Positions 41,475 to 54,991 are shown, counted from the stretch's first letter. The stretch is 64,000 nt of DNA from Eledone cirrhosa (GCA_964016885.1 OZ024744.1:33418001-33482000), one strand, 5' to 3'. The notes: generated by a model not told the origin, from the letters alone. A program made the numbers and translations.

Positions 41475-41920
41475 TCATCGTTTAGCATCAATTTTTCCAT
41501 GTTAGCATGGGTTAGACAAGATGTCCCGTTCTGAGACAAACCAAATCAGATGATCGGATCGTGCTCACACAGAACTGCTTCTGGCTTGGTTTCTACGACT
41601 GGATGTCCTTCTTAATGCCAACCTCATTACAGTGTAAACCGATTGTTTTGTGTCTTGACACCAACACAACCACTTTACAGTGTGGACTGGGTGATTTTTG
41701 TCGTGACACCTACACGACCACTTTACAGTGTGGGCTGGATGCATTTTTGTCGTGGCACCAAAACGACCATTTTACAGTGTGGACTGGGCTTTTATTGTCG
41801 TGCCGCTAACACGACCATTCTATTCTACTGGGTGTTATTTTTGAGTCACCAACACGACCACTCCACAGGGTTGACCGGGTGCTTTCTGTCGTTCCGCTTT
41901 ACAGGATGGACTGGGTACTT
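41475..41920 (-). mobile_element. Same repeat family, with degenerate ~40-bp internal tandem units
   Basis: Repeated TTACAGTGTGGACTGG...TTTTGTCGTG units. Confidence 0.6.
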
Positions 41921-41979
<59 letters not shown>

Positions 41980-43129
41980 GTGTTGATCATAGAAAAAGAG
42001 GGATACATTCAATAAGTTCAATTATTCAGATGAAGGTTTCTATATACAGTTTATCAATATATATAGATTATATAATTTTCATTGTTCAATCACATTTTAA
42101 CATCTACATCTTCTCATGTTTCTCTATTATTTCAGAATATTTCATAACATTTGCAGAAGAGAATTTTTAACTTCAAATGTATGATCAATATCATCATCAT
42201 CATAATCTATAAAGCTCAGTGTATGGTCATGTTTCTTTGTTATAGAAATCTACGATATAGAATTTCTTCAATTGAAATTTACAATTCAGTATTCGAAATA
42301 GCTTCGATTGGGTCATGGCACTTATATTTTTTTCAATTTCACCCACAATTATGCAAAAAATCGATAAAACTCAATATTTTACGATTACCTCTCTCATTTC
42401 AACTGCTAAACTCTTTCCATTAACCTTCAAAATCTATACAACTTCATACTTTCTGCTACTTTTTCTTTCCAAGCTGAAACAACTATTCTTTTCATTTTAC
42501 ATTGTTCATGTTGATGGTGATACTGTCCGTTTTACTCTCTCACTCATACACTTTACAGACTAAACAACAAAAACATTAGCCACATTAACGTACAATTTCG
42601 TTTATTCTAAATGTGAGTCTTCAAACTGATTTATTTATTTGCAAACGCATACAAACACACACTCACATCAAATGAATAATTAAACTTTAAATCAATTTAA
42701 CCACGTGCCGGATTTCTAACCACACATACACACTTCATTAACAAATAAAAATTCTAATTTGCGACAATTATTTTCTTTCAATCGTAAAATCAAACGACAT
42801 AATTATTTTTATTTTCGGTTGTTAATCTTCATGGCGATAATACTACCCTTCCATTTCACATCATGTGAGTTAACAAATAATTTTTTAAAACACTATTCGC
42901 AGATTTCCTTAAACAACAAGATCAATTGCGTAGCCGGTATTCATTATGTAGCCGGTAAAGCTATGTAGCAGGTAAAAGGCTATGTAGTCAGTACGATGTT
43001 ATATAGCATGAACAGTTTATATAACCGGTAAATGTTATGTCGCCGTTAGCATGTGTGTGTATTACTGTCAATACACACGTGTGTGTGTGCGTGTTTCAAT
43101 GTAGTTTTCGTTAACAATGACGAGAGTAC

Positions 43130-43530
43130 AATCGCGCCAGAAATAATTCAAATTCTCATTCTTAACTGCTAGGGACGTTCACAGGCTCATTAAGTACTTT
43201 CAGTAAGGAATAAAAAATTAGGGATTGAACCCAAAACCACGACATAAACAGGCACCAACAAACGTTTTCTTTGTCCTGTCAAAAAGTGATTGATCCTATC
43301 CCTTTCACCTACGACCTCAGTTAGGTCAGGCGAAAGTCAAATAGACAGGGGATCACCTATGTAGGTACAAACCCTGCTGCGGTATGTCTATTTTTCTAGC
43401 TGCAACCAGATTATATATACCGTAGTTAACAGAGACCATGACACACCAGGCCTGCAAACCAAACGAGATGGAATATTCATTATAATACATCAGTTCCTCA
43501 GCCCCGAGCAACGCCGGGCACTTCTACTAG
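43130..43530 (+). mobile_element. Helitron 3' remnant
   Basis: Hairpin CCCG-AGCAACGC-CGGG followed by CTAG|T at 43527-43531; 5' boundary uncertain. Confidence 0.55.
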
Positions 43531-44934
43531 TCGATATATAAATTTGAGCGACATGTGTGAGTGTGTGTGTGAATGTATGTGTATTTGTGGGTATGTGTTT
43601 GCACGTTTATATTTATGTACTCGTACATATAAATATATGTATATGCATATACATATACACGTCAGCGTGTTAGAAAAGATCCTAGTTTTTATAAGGACAA
43701 TGCAAGATTTTATACAGAACTAATAGAAATTATTTTATATAAATATTTGCTGAATTCCTGTGAAATATTTTCTCTGAACTGATGTTCATAGAAACATTTC
43801 TCTTCTTCAGTATCTGGAAAGTGTACAAGCAGATATTGAATTCTTATTAAACCTGGGTAAATTTACAAAGGAATTCGCATTATTTTCAGACGCCAAGAAA
43901 GATCCCAGTTGATGGAAATATTTGTTAGGAATAAACCGTAAAAACAAAACCCTGTAAAAAATCCTTATTTTGTACTGAGAGAAAACAATTTTAAGAAAAT
44001 ATTGGAGGCACTAAAAGAGTGATACTTTTTCCTGCAGAGTTATCAAGGGATATAAATATATAGATATATATACAGAGAGAGGGAGAGAGAGAGTGTGTGT
44101 GTGTGTGTGTGTGTGCGTGTCAGGGCCCGACACATGAGCTATTGCCGTTTCTACAGCTAGTTCCAGATTAGAACTAAACTGTCGAAACAGCAAGAGCTCA
44201 GCTCTCAGGCTCCGGCTCTTTCTAATACAGTCACAATCTACTATCTCAAGTATATATGTATATAGTGAGGAAGATTCTAAAGGTGTTACATATAGAAAAG
44301 ATAAAGAAATCAATGAACTTCTCTTCAGTTTTTATTATTGTTACGGCCCTTTATGTTTTGAAGGCTATGGATTGGCAGTATTGGTAGAGCGTCAAACAAA
44401 ATGCTTTATGGCATAGAGTTACGACTCTTAAACGTTGTAAGTTCAATTCTTGGCAAGGTTAGCGCTGTCTTTATCCTTACGGGGTCGATAAAATAAAGAA
44501 CCAGTAACGCACTGAGACCGATTTAATAAACTTTCCCCGCCCACCAAAATTACGTTATTATTCTTATTATCTTTGTTTTACGATGGTTTATTAGATAAAT
44601 CGGTAGAGTAGAGATCGATCAGAAAGCATTTGTGCATTTGTTCATTCATTAAAAAGACAACAAAAAACAAATAATTGTGAGACATCATTTTGTTGTAAAA
44701 TATTGTGATACATTTTTGATAAGTGCTCTTAAAGCACAAAAATTCGGGCACATGTGAACATTGGTATAGTACAACTATAATAAAAAATATATATACCACT
44801 CTATGTACGTATTGAGTTCTGTTTCAACTGTTATTACAGACAAACCATCGGACATAATTTTCTTACGTTTTGAATTCAAATACTGCAGAAGTTATCTTTG
44901 TCTTTCATCTTTATGGGATCGATAAAATAAAGTA

Positions 44935-45548
44935 CAGGTTCACAATCTCTTGTCTAAAAATCTTGGGACCAGACACTTTTGGGATTTCGGAATGGAAGAC
45001 TTTTAGCGTAGATTAAATTTCTTTTGGATAAAACATTACAAGGGACAGGGTGGCTCCGTGGTAGAGTGCTCGTTTTCTTTTTTTTTCTTTTTTTCTTTTT
45101 CTTTTTCTTTTTCTTTTTGCCCTATTCTTCATTAGTTTCTGGTCATCACTGTCACTGTACAACTTCAACATCTTATGCTTCTGTTTCTTTAGGTTGTATA
45201 TGTTGGTAGTTCCCACACCATAATCTTCAGTAAGACACCACATAGATACACCACTATCAAGCTTCTGCAATAACTCTACTTTCTCTGCTATCATTAATGA
45301 CAGACGCTTCCTTTTCTGCTTCGGTTAACCATAGAGGAGCCTACAGCTTCAATGTAAAAAAAAAAAAAAAATCAACAAAATTTCTGTGTGCAGCGGAGGT
45401 GAGGTGCGTCTGACTGGTATGAACACTGAGACACAACTGGGTGGACCGTGGGTCGTTTCGGGTCTAGTTGGCAGCAAACGCCAGTTTTGGTGTGCGGACG
45501 ACATCCTAGAAAAAAGGTTCGGTTTTCGGAAAAAAGATTGTGAATCTG
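44935..45548 (-). mobile_element. Internally deleted pogo/Tigger-like DNA transposon nested in a SINE
   Basis: TIRs CAGGTTCACAATCT / AGATTGTGAATCTG; TA duplicated at 44933-34 and 45549-50; CENP-B-type HTH AEKVELLQKLDSGVS...YGVGTTNIYNLKKQK; splits the SINE motif AATAAAGTA|CCAGTAA. Confidence 0.85.
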
Positions 45549-45754
45549 TACCAGTAACGAGATGGGGTCGATTTAATCAACTTTCCTCTCACCTTTAAAT
45601 TGCTGGCCTTGTGCCAAAATCAGAAACCATTATTATTATTATTAATCCCGCCGAGTTTAACTTTACCTTTCATCCTTACGGGGTCGATAAAATAAAGTAC
45701 CAGTAATGTACTGTTATAATTGTTGGCCTTGTGCCCCAAAAAAAGAAACAATTA

Positions 45755-45793
<39 letters not shown>

Positions 45794-46538
45794 GATAAAT
45801 CGGTAGAGCAACGAGCAGGCAAAATGACTTCTGGCATTTAGTTACTTCTCTGTCAAATTTCCAATATTTTTCTTTCGGTAATCGATAAAGTAAGTACCAG
45901 TTAAGTTCTAATCGATCAAAAAGCATGTTTGCCTTTGTTCATTCATTAAAAAACAACAAAAAACAAATAATTGTGAGACATCATTTTGTTGTAAAATATT
46001 GATACATTTTTGATAAGTGCTCTTAAAGCACAAAAATTCGGGCAGATGTGAACATTGGTATAGTACAACTATAATAAAAATATATATACCACTCTATGTA
46101 CGTATTGAGTTCTGTCTCAACTGTTATTACAGACAAACCATCGGACAAATATAGTCAACGATATTTAACTTGAGTTTCAATTATTCTTATTTCTTCAAGA
46201 ATGACAATGGAGACATCAACATCATCATCATCATCATCATCATCATCAACATCATCCAGTTTTTGATTATGCAGAACACAGTTAATCCCTAAGTAGAGGA
46301 GGGTCCTTAGCGCCCTGCTACATGTGTTTCTGTCCGCCGGTCTCATTTGGGCCAGGCCAAGCCTAGCTTCATCCTGACGGACGTCCTCCATCCAAGTTCT
46401 TTTTCGTGACCTGGGACTCTACTGCCTCCTGGATCCACATTTACCACTTCTTTGCCACACAATCTAAAAAAAAAAATATCCTATTTCTTTTGTTTGGAAT
46501 TTCTTTCATCAGAATTCATTACGCACACACACATAGGT

Positions 46539-46594
<56 letters not shown>

Positions 46595-46645
46595 ACAGCT
46601 ATATATCTTCTCTCAAACAGTCCGTTAATTATGTTTGCTTGCTTA

Positions 46646-47502
46646 TCTATATATAAATTTAAGCGACTTCCATCCGTCTGTCTGTCACATAATGTGTGTG
46701 TGTTTGTGTGAATGTATGTGTGTGTAAAATGAAGCAAGAGAGTGGTGAAAAAACTATAGCAAGACAGCGACTGACGTCCCATTTGCTACGCTGTGTGGGT
46801 GTATACGTCTGTGTTTTTGTAAATGTATGTGTGTGAGTGTACATTTTTGTAAGTGTTTCTGTGTTTACGTGTTAATATTTATATACTCATACATATAAAT
46901 GTATGTATATAAGCACATACAGACACACTTATACACAAAAAATTCTAATGTAATATAAAAGATTGATTCTTCCTATCGTCCTTTTGAGAAACCTGGACCA
47001 GCCACATCTATGCAATGACACACGCTTAACAGTCAGGCGGAAAATGAACCATCTCCTAGAGGTCACTGTTCTTGGCGACAATCATCAAGAAGAAAATGCA
47101 TTTATTATCAAAATTCCTCTAATCCCTTTCTCTACCGAACTGCCATTCAAATTCTCAAGACTTCAGTTCCTGTTAGAACCAGTTTTTTGCTATGACCACA
47201 CATAAAGCTCAGGCACAAATTCTCAAATTTGTATAATTGAATACAAAGGAAACGGTTTTTACTCATGTAGGTTGTTCACGAGTGGAAACACCTAGAAATC
47301 TTCATATACTATGCACGAACGGTAAAACGAAGAATCTGGTGCATCTGGAAGATTTTTTACTGGATTTTTTTTTTGGCACACACACACACGCACACACCAG
47401 TCTTGTCTTATGCCGTAAGCTAGACAAACATCCAACAGTCATTTTCTCCTCTACCTCTCTTCTCTTATCTGTTTACCCGGGCGGAGCCGGGTACGTCAGT
47501 TA

Positions 47503-47503
<1 letters not shown>
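46646..47503 (+). mobile_element. Non-autonomous Helitron with a Pif1-like helicase C-terminal remnant
   Basis: A|TC start; LLRNLDQPHLCNDTRL, IPLIP..LPFKFSRLQF, VGCSRV; 3' hairpin ACCCGG-GCGGAG-CCGGGT then TTAG|T (variant of CTAG). Confidence 0.8.
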
Positions 47504-47546
<43 letters not shown>

Positions 47547-47610
47547 CAGCTATATATCCTCTCTCAACCAGTCTGTTAATTATGTTTGCTTATATGGTAA
47601 AAAGAGCACA

Positions 47611-47616
47611 TTTATT
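47611..47616 (-). promoter_or_regulatory. Candidate polyadenylation signal AATAAA just after the HES stop
   Basis: TAA CC AAATAAA on the minus strand; the context is AT-rich, so it may be chance. Confidence 0.3.
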
Positions 47617-47619
47617 TGG

Positions 47620-49341
47620 TTACCATGGTCTCCAAAGCTTCTGCCGACTTTCTGGAGAGTACATAGGATTGAATGTATTGTAAAGAGAACCTTCATTGGT
47701 TGTGTCAGTTGTGATGCTTGTGCTGCTAGCATCTGGCTGGGCTTTCAACGGACAAGACGAAGAGGGCAATGATGTCGTTGGTGGTGTTGAAGATGATGAT
47801 GATGATGGTGGTAATGGCAGTAATGGTGTCGATGATGATGGTGATGATGATTGTGACAAAGACGATGGTGATGATGAGCATGGTGAGGAGGCGGACGAAG
47901 AGTAAGACAACGACGATAACGATGATGATGTTGAAGATAAGGACATCAGCGATGACGACAGCAATGACGATGATGACAGCAAAGAAGCTTGCGAAGATGA
48001 TAATGTCTGCGTCGCTGATGGTTGATTGCAAATAGGAATGATTGCTTTGTTGTTGATGATGTTGTTGTTGTTGTTGCTGTTATTGTTGTTAATAATATTA
48101 CTGTTACAACTACCTGTAGTCGAAACTGGCGATGGTATAAAGGCAGCCACGCTACCGGCAACATTCGGCATTTGAATCGGGTACAGGGGCAACATTGCTG
48201 TTGGTGAGGAAGCGGATGATCGGTTAGTAGGGGCAATCACTGTACTGCCATTTTGTTGTGCAGAACAACTACCAGTGGGAGCGAGATAAACAGCAACAGT
48301 ACCTGTTCCACATAAAGATCCTGGAATTATTTGAAAAGATCCAGATATTTGTGAAGCGGCTGCCACATTTGGTACAGCAGTGACTGGAAGCGTTTGACTT
48401 CTGACGGCCGTCAAAAATGTATTGCTGTTGTTATTGATATCGTTGCTAAGGCTACTGTTGTTAATATTGTAGATGATATTGTTATTGATGGCCTTAGTAC
48501 GGATGTTGTTGTTGTTGTTGCTGTTGTTGTTGCTGTTGATGATGGTGGTAGTGACAGTGTCATTGGTGTTGGTGTTCGGGGTGGTGGTGGTGGTGGAAGT
48601 GGAGGTGTTGCTGACATTGATAGCAGTGTGGAAATGTCCGTTCTTCGTTGAAAAGTCGTTGCTTTTTTGATGTGTCACCCCTGCTATTTGGTTTTCGAAA
48701 ATACTAGAAGTAATATTATTGTTAACCCGAGAAATAGTTGCAGTCTGAAGTGGCAAGATTACTGGGCCGAAAGATTTGTTACTATTATTACTATTATTAT
48801 TAATATTAATATTTTTGTTGTTAACCGAGATCTCTGTTGGTGCGTTAACTATAGCTGTATTGTTTACACTGATGGTGGTTGTGGATACCGGAACTTGAGA
48901 AACAGCGTTCGGGATTTGAACATGTAATGGCTGCATGTAGTTTACTGGACTGCGTGAAGCTGTTAACAATGGAGGCGATGATTGCATAGGCTCAGTTTTC
49001 GTTGCCGATGTCATCACCATTGTCGTTTCTGAGTCTAGAGTTGTAGAGGTTTGCATTGGAGTCGTATTATTAGTGTCTGAGACACCGCCAATATTAACCA
49101 CGCGTATACAACCGGCAAGGTGATTACTAATGCGCAGGCGAACATCTTCGTTGATACCTTGTACTGATCCTAAATATCTAACGACTTCTGAAGCACATTC
49201 GTTGAAACCAGCACGGTATTTAGTCACAACACCTGGATCAGTACTGATGGTAGCATTCAGTTGTTCACGTTGCAATTGTCGTAAATGTCGTACTGTCATT
49301 TCCAGAACATCAGCTTTTTCTAATTTTGAATATTGCGAACT
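47620..49341 (-). CDS. HES: Terminal exon of a hairy/Enhancer-of-split (HES) bHLH-Orange transcriptional repressor (573 aa plus stop)
   Basis: Acceptor TTTTCAG| then in-frame SSQYSKLEKADVLEMTVRHL (bHLH loop and helix 2), Orange domain KYRAGFNECASEVVRYL...RISNHL, C-terminal WRPW-stop. The ORF-track start at 49461 is intronic. Paralog identity cannot be determined. Confidence 0.95.
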   Translation of the reverse strand, partial: SSQYSKLEKADVLEMTVRHLRQLQREQLNATISTDPGVVTKYRAGFNECASEVVRYLGSVQGINEDVRLRISNHLAGCIRVVNIGGVSDTNNTTPMQTSTTLDSETTMVMTSATKTEPMQSSPPLLTASRSPVNYMQPLHVQIPNAVSQVPVSTTTISVNNTAIVNAPTEISVNNKNININNNSNNSNKSFGPVILPLQTATISRVNNNITSSIFENQIAGVTHQKSNDFSTKNGHFHTAINVSNTSTSTTTTTPNTNTNDTVTTTIINSNNNSNNNNNIRTKAINNNIIYNINNSSLSNDINNNSNTFLTAVRSQTLPVTAVPNVAAASQISGSFQIIPGSLCGTGTVAVYLAPTGSCSAQQNGSTVIAPTNRSSASSPTAMLPLYPIQMPNVAGSVAAFIPSPVSTTGSCNSNIINNNNSNNNNNIINNKAIIPICNQPSATQTLSSSQASLLSSSSLLSSSLMSLSSTSSSLSSLSYSSSASSPCSSSPSSLSQSSSPSSSTPLLPLPPSSSSSSTPPTTSLPSSSCPLKAQPDASSTSITTDTTNEGSLYNTFNPMYSPESRQKLWRPW

Positions 49342-49676
49342 CTGAAAATATAAGAAATAGAATGAATCAGATAAAAAGTATAAAAGAAAGATGTTTGTTG
49401 GTTGGTTTCTTTGCTCATCACACAAAAACGAAAAGTGATAATCGAAAAGTAAGTACAGCAATGGAAGGTTTATTGATACTCATTTTATAAAATCAAAGAA
49501 GAAGAAAAACATCCCAGGTATGCTAACCAATCTGACTGCTATTTCTAGTAGGTTGGGAATCAACCATAAGGTATTCTCTCTATGTTGTTAGCGATGCTCG
49601 TGTTTCATGGCCAGCATCACCTTGGATTCGATCGCTGGCTTACACACGTGCGCACATACACTTTTATATATCTATA

Positions 49677-50219
49677 TCTATATATGATATAAAGGATAGG
49701 AATTCCTATCGTCCTTTTGAGAAACCTGGACCAGCCACATCTATGCAATGACACACGCTTAACAGTCAGGCGGAAAATGAACCATCTCCTAGAGGTCACT
49801 TGGCGACAATCATCAAGAAGAAAATGCATTTATTATCAAAATTCCTCTAATCCCTTTCTCTACCGAACTGCCATTCAAATTCTCAAGACTTCAGTTCCTG
49901 TTAGAACCAGTTTTTTGCTATGACCACACATAAAGCTCAGGCACAAATTCTCAAATTTGTATAATTGAATACAAAGGAAACGGTTTTTACTCATGTAGGT
50001 TGTTCACGAGTGGAAACACCTAGAAATCTTCATATACTATGCACGAACGGTAAAACGAAGAATCTGGTGCATCTGGAAGATTTTTTGCTGTTTTATTTTG
50101 TCATACAGACACACACACCACTGTCTCGCCTCATACTGTAAACCAGACAAACATCCAACACAGTCATTTTCTGTTCTGCCTATCTTCTCTTATCATCTGT
50201 TTACCAGAGCAAAGATAGT
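49677..50219 (+). mobile_element. Second Helitron helicase remnant
   Basis: 49703-50090 is near-identical to 46970-47360. Confidence 0.8.
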
Positions 50220-50644
50220 ATATATTGAATGAGTTAACTCTTTCGTTACCATATTTCTAATGAAAATTAGTTTGCGATTTTCATAAAATGTTGAAAATAA
50301 TCAAGAATGTAGAGACATTTAGTAATATAAGCAACAAATTATTAATAAGTTGTAGTTTGGAACATAACTCAACAAAGGTTCTTACATATAATTGTGATAA
50401 AAGATTTTAGATAAATATAAGCACTTTAAAATAAACAGTTTGTTTCAAAATGGCTAAACAAAACTTCTGATGAATTATTATTAAAGAGTTCACGGAATCT
50501 GTGAAGTACCAGCCAAAATACCTTGCGGTGTTTAATAACGTGAAGGTTAGGTGTGTTTAGGTTCTAGGTCACTTTGCCGTATCTACATCCTTCTTAAGCC
50601 AATAAAATAAGTACCACACCATATATTATATAGGAGTCGACATG

Positions 50645-51450
50645 AGGGCGAAGGATTGGCAGAATCGTTAGAGCGTCGGGTAAAATGTCATGTGGAGTTT
50701 GATTGAGGCTCTTTATATTCTGAGTTTAAATGCCTTTCATCTTTCTCTGTGGTTTGATGAAATGAAGTAACATGGAAGTACTGGGGTAGATTAATCAACT
50801 ATATTAGATGAATTATTGACATAATTACTGGTACAATGCTTCAAACTCTTCTCAGGTGATTGCGGTGAAGAGGTTTGGGTTGTTATATCGACTCTAGTAT
50901 TTGGGTGTCACCCTATTTTTTTGGACCCCAGAAGGATGAAAGGCAATGTGAATCTCAGCTAGATTTGAACTCAGAAAATAAAGAACTCAAGGTAAATAAA
51001 GACATTTTGTCCGATGATCAAACAATTTTGCCAATTCACCACCTAAGTAATAATAACAATGGTTTCTAATTTAGACACAAGACCAGCATGTGAGGTGGGG
51101 GAGAGGAATCTATTATATTGACTCCCCCCAGTATTTGACTAATACTTTATTTCATTGAACTGGGAAATATGAAAGTCAAAGGTGATTTCGGTGGGATTTG
51201 AACTCAGAACGTAAAAAAAAAACAAAAAAACAAAAAAACACAACTAACAGCCGTAACAGATTTTGTCCAGCGTTCATACGATTCTGCCAACCCAACCACC
51301 ACCCTTCATATTGGTATGAAAGATAAAGTTGACCTCAAAGGAATATGAACACAGCACACAAAAAAGAGGTATCTAATTTAACTTAGACACAAGGTCAGTA
51401 ATTTTGTAGAGATGAAATAAGTCGATGTCTTCAAGTCGTTCATTGGTACT
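50645..51450. mobile_element. Cluster of degenerate tRNA-derived SINE copies in both orientations
   Basis: TTGGCAGAATCGTTAGAGCG, GATTTGAACTCAGAA and TTTAGACACAAG motifs shared with the SINEs at 20013 and 62637. Confidence 0.65.
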
Positions 51451-52041
51451 TTATGTCATTAGCATGTTTTAAAACATGAAGTTAAAAAAAAAATTAGCAA
51501 TTTTTCGTGCGTATATCTATATGCGTGTGTGTGCATATACATACATTTATATGTGTATGAGTATATAAATATAAACGCGAAAACACAGACACACTTGCAA
51601 AAATAACAAACCCCCATCTCAATTCTACTTTTGAAAAGCATAAGAACTGTGAATCCGGTAAAGGAAACAAATAAATATTCTCCAGTTGCATTTTCGATTT
51701 CTTATATATATAAACACACACAGACACACACACACACACATATATCATCATCATCATCATCGTTTAACGTCTATCTTCCACGCTAGCATATATATATATA
51801 TATGTATATGTTAGGGTATTTTGTTACAGTTCACATATTTAACAGGCCTCATATTACACCTGTTAGGGATGTTTCAATGGTAGGAGACCCAGTCAGAGCA
51901 TCGTGAAATGAAGTGTGTTGCTTAAGGAGACAACGAACCACCAGTTGCATGAATCGAACTCAAGACTCGATGAATCACAACCCCACGCGCCTTTACTTCT
52001 TAAAGCGAAGGGGGAGTGTGGGAAAGAAAAAAAAGAAGACT

Positions 52042-52120
<79 letters not shown>

Positions 52121-52552
52121 GAAAGAGAGGGAGTATAATAAAAAGAGTGTGTGTGATAGAAAATGAGAGAGAAAGAGAAGTTTAAAAAAGAGAGGCAGAA
52201 AGAGAGATTTCAGGACGAGAAACTAATAGAAAGTGCTGGAAGGGGTTGTGAGATTATTTGCTGCTCCTGTTGTTGTTGTTGAGCCCAAGGACAACACAGC
52301 TCAACTTAGGATCCAGCTGCCAGTTTACATTATCGAAACTATCCTCCCGTTGGTTGGCTAGTAATGGTTATGGTGATTTGAGGAACATTTGGCTGTTATT
52401 TCTAGCCAGTCGAGTGATGACGTAATAACGTAGAGAATATCCTGGTTGACTCACTTGGTAAGGATAGGAATATATGTTACCTTCAGATGTGCAACAATAC
52501 ACAGACACACACACATATATATAAACACACACACACATACATATATATATAT

Positions 52553-52603
<51 letters not shown>

Positions 52604-53093
52604 AAAGAATAGAGGTGTAACACACGAGTTATGATATATTGGTAAACGGAAAAGAAAATGCTGACAAATTGTTCCCAGTGAAAAATATTCCTAATTAAAC
52701 TATTTTTCACTGGGAACAATTTGTCAGCATTTTCTTTTCCTTTTACCAATATGTATGTATATATATATATATATAGGAAAAAGTATGACCCCGACGGCAG
52801 AGCTCAAGCCGTTTCGACGGCTATTTCAGAGTCCAGAAATAGCCGTCGAAATGGCTTGAGCTCTGCCGTCGGCGTCATACTTTTTTCTATTACCCTCTCT
52901 ACTACCCTAAGTATTGAGTACTCTGGTGCGTTATGGTCCATCTGGTTCCTTACCACACCTCCTTCGGTATATATATATATATATATATTTTTTTTTTACA
53001 TAGATCTATATGACATACATACCAACACACATATACATCCCAGAAACGATCGTAAAATGATGAATTTTTTTAACTTGTTCTTTGTTTTTATTA

Positions 53094-53139
<46 letters not shown>

Positions 53140-53635
53140 TATATATACATATATATATATACATATGCATTATATATCAGTTCAAATCCCGCCGAGGTTA
53201 ACTTTGCCTTTCATCCCTACGTGGTCGAGAAAATAAAGTACCAGTAATGCACTGAGATAATTGCTGGCCTTGTGTCCAAAGTAGAAACAATTATATATAC
53301 ATATATATACGTACATACAAGGGGCGGTGGAAGCATTTCTGATTTGGGGAAGGGGAGAAATTTGGTCAATTTAGGTGTATTGATTAGTTTAGCTGTTATT
53401 ATCTGCTAATTTATCTGTTAATATCAAACTATAAAAAACTTCGATATGCGATAAACATAATATGTAGATAAATTGTAGCACATATACAAATAGATGTGTG
53501 TTTTGGTAGTTTGGGGGAGGAAAATATAATTATGGAGGGGGCGTGTCCTACCCAGTCTCAGTGACCCTGTATATACACATACACACACATATATATACAT
53601 ATATACACACACAAAATATGTACATATGTATATAC

Positions 53636-54104
53636 CAGGGGCGAAGAGTGCGTGCAAGCAACGCATGCACTGCATGCGTTATAGAATCTTGAGTTGATGA
53701 ATTGCGTCGGTTGAAGCAAGCAGAATTGTGGCTGCTTACTAAATCGTAGACACATAAAAATATAACACACACACACATACACACGACAGCGTCAGTTGAA
53801 GCAAGCAGAATTGTGGCTGCTTACTAAATCGTAGACACATAAAAATATAACACACACACACATACACACGACAGCGTCGGTTGAAGCAAGCAGAATTGTG
53901 GCTGCTTACTAAATCGTAGACACATAAAAATATAACACACACACACATACACACAAACACACACTAGATAACACTACATGCGGCTTTGACCGGGAAGGTC
54001 ATTTAGAGGGAATGAGAGGGGGGGATAAGGCTGCACAGCCCCACTTTCTGCCATGGCGACGATTGGACTGCATGCCCTGCTTTACAGGTTACCCTTCGCC
54101 ACTG
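53636..54104. mobile_element. hAT-like MITE with 8-bp TSD and three internal ~86-bp tandem repeats
   Basis: TIRs CAGGGGCGAAGAGT / CAGTGGCGAAGGGT (rc); TSD GTATATAC at 53628-53635 and 54105-54112; tandem unit at ~53705-53955. Confidence 0.75.
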
Positions 54105-54180
54105 GTATATACATATACACACACATATATACATCTATATACACACATACACACTTTATATATACATATATATACACGCG

Positions 54181-54214
<34 letters not shown>

Positions 54215-54840
54215 CATATATAAATATATACACATAGACACACACCTCTGTCGTGGTAATAGCATTACCACAACAAAGGTCTGACGAGCTTTAGATTCCA
54301 GAGTCGGGCTAGATCGATACTGATCGAACCTGGAGCTGATCAATAGTGAAACGCGCGTCAATACGCAATGAAGACATAACAAATCGTCCTTTTTTTATTA
54401 TTACACTCTGCTTAGTTCTACACCTCTATACATACTGGAAACTATGCATCGAGCACTCACTCTGGTGAACAGACAGTAACTGGACGTTACATTCCGTATA
54501 TATATATACACACACACGCACACATATATATATATACACACACATATATATATATAGAGAGAGATATATATATGCATATATATATTATATATATATATTA
54601 CATATTAGCTTATTTAACAATGATAACAAAGGTAAGTTATTTTACATATTGATTGTTTTACGATCGTTTCGGGGGGTTGGTGATATTGATGTATTGGCTG
54701 ATCTATAGCAGTTGTAGAACTGTATACTATCAGACAAAATATATAGGTTCGATCATACACGTCTTCAGTATAGACTCAATCGCCAAAGGTAGACCACATT
54801 GTGTGTATATATATAATATATATATATACATACACCCTCT

Positions 54841-54991
<151 letters not shown>

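Noticed and set aside
49342-49461. N-terminal 40 aa of the 613-aa ORF as the HES start
   Set aside because: It is intronic pyrimidine-rich sequence ending in TTTTCAG and lacks the basic region.
46646-50219. HES exon captured inside a single Helitron
   Set aside because: The first Helitron has its own 3' hairpin and terminus at 47503, before the exon, and the exon keeps a normal acceptor and intact frame.
51984-52024. CACGCG plus TGTGGGAA as a HES/Su(H) autoregulatory module
   Set aside because: CACGCG appears to be the end of a SINE, and a single 8-mer is expected by chance.
53705-53955. CRISPR-like array
   Set aside because: The ~86-bp units are identical tandem repeats without unique spacers, inside a MITE in eukaryotic DNA.
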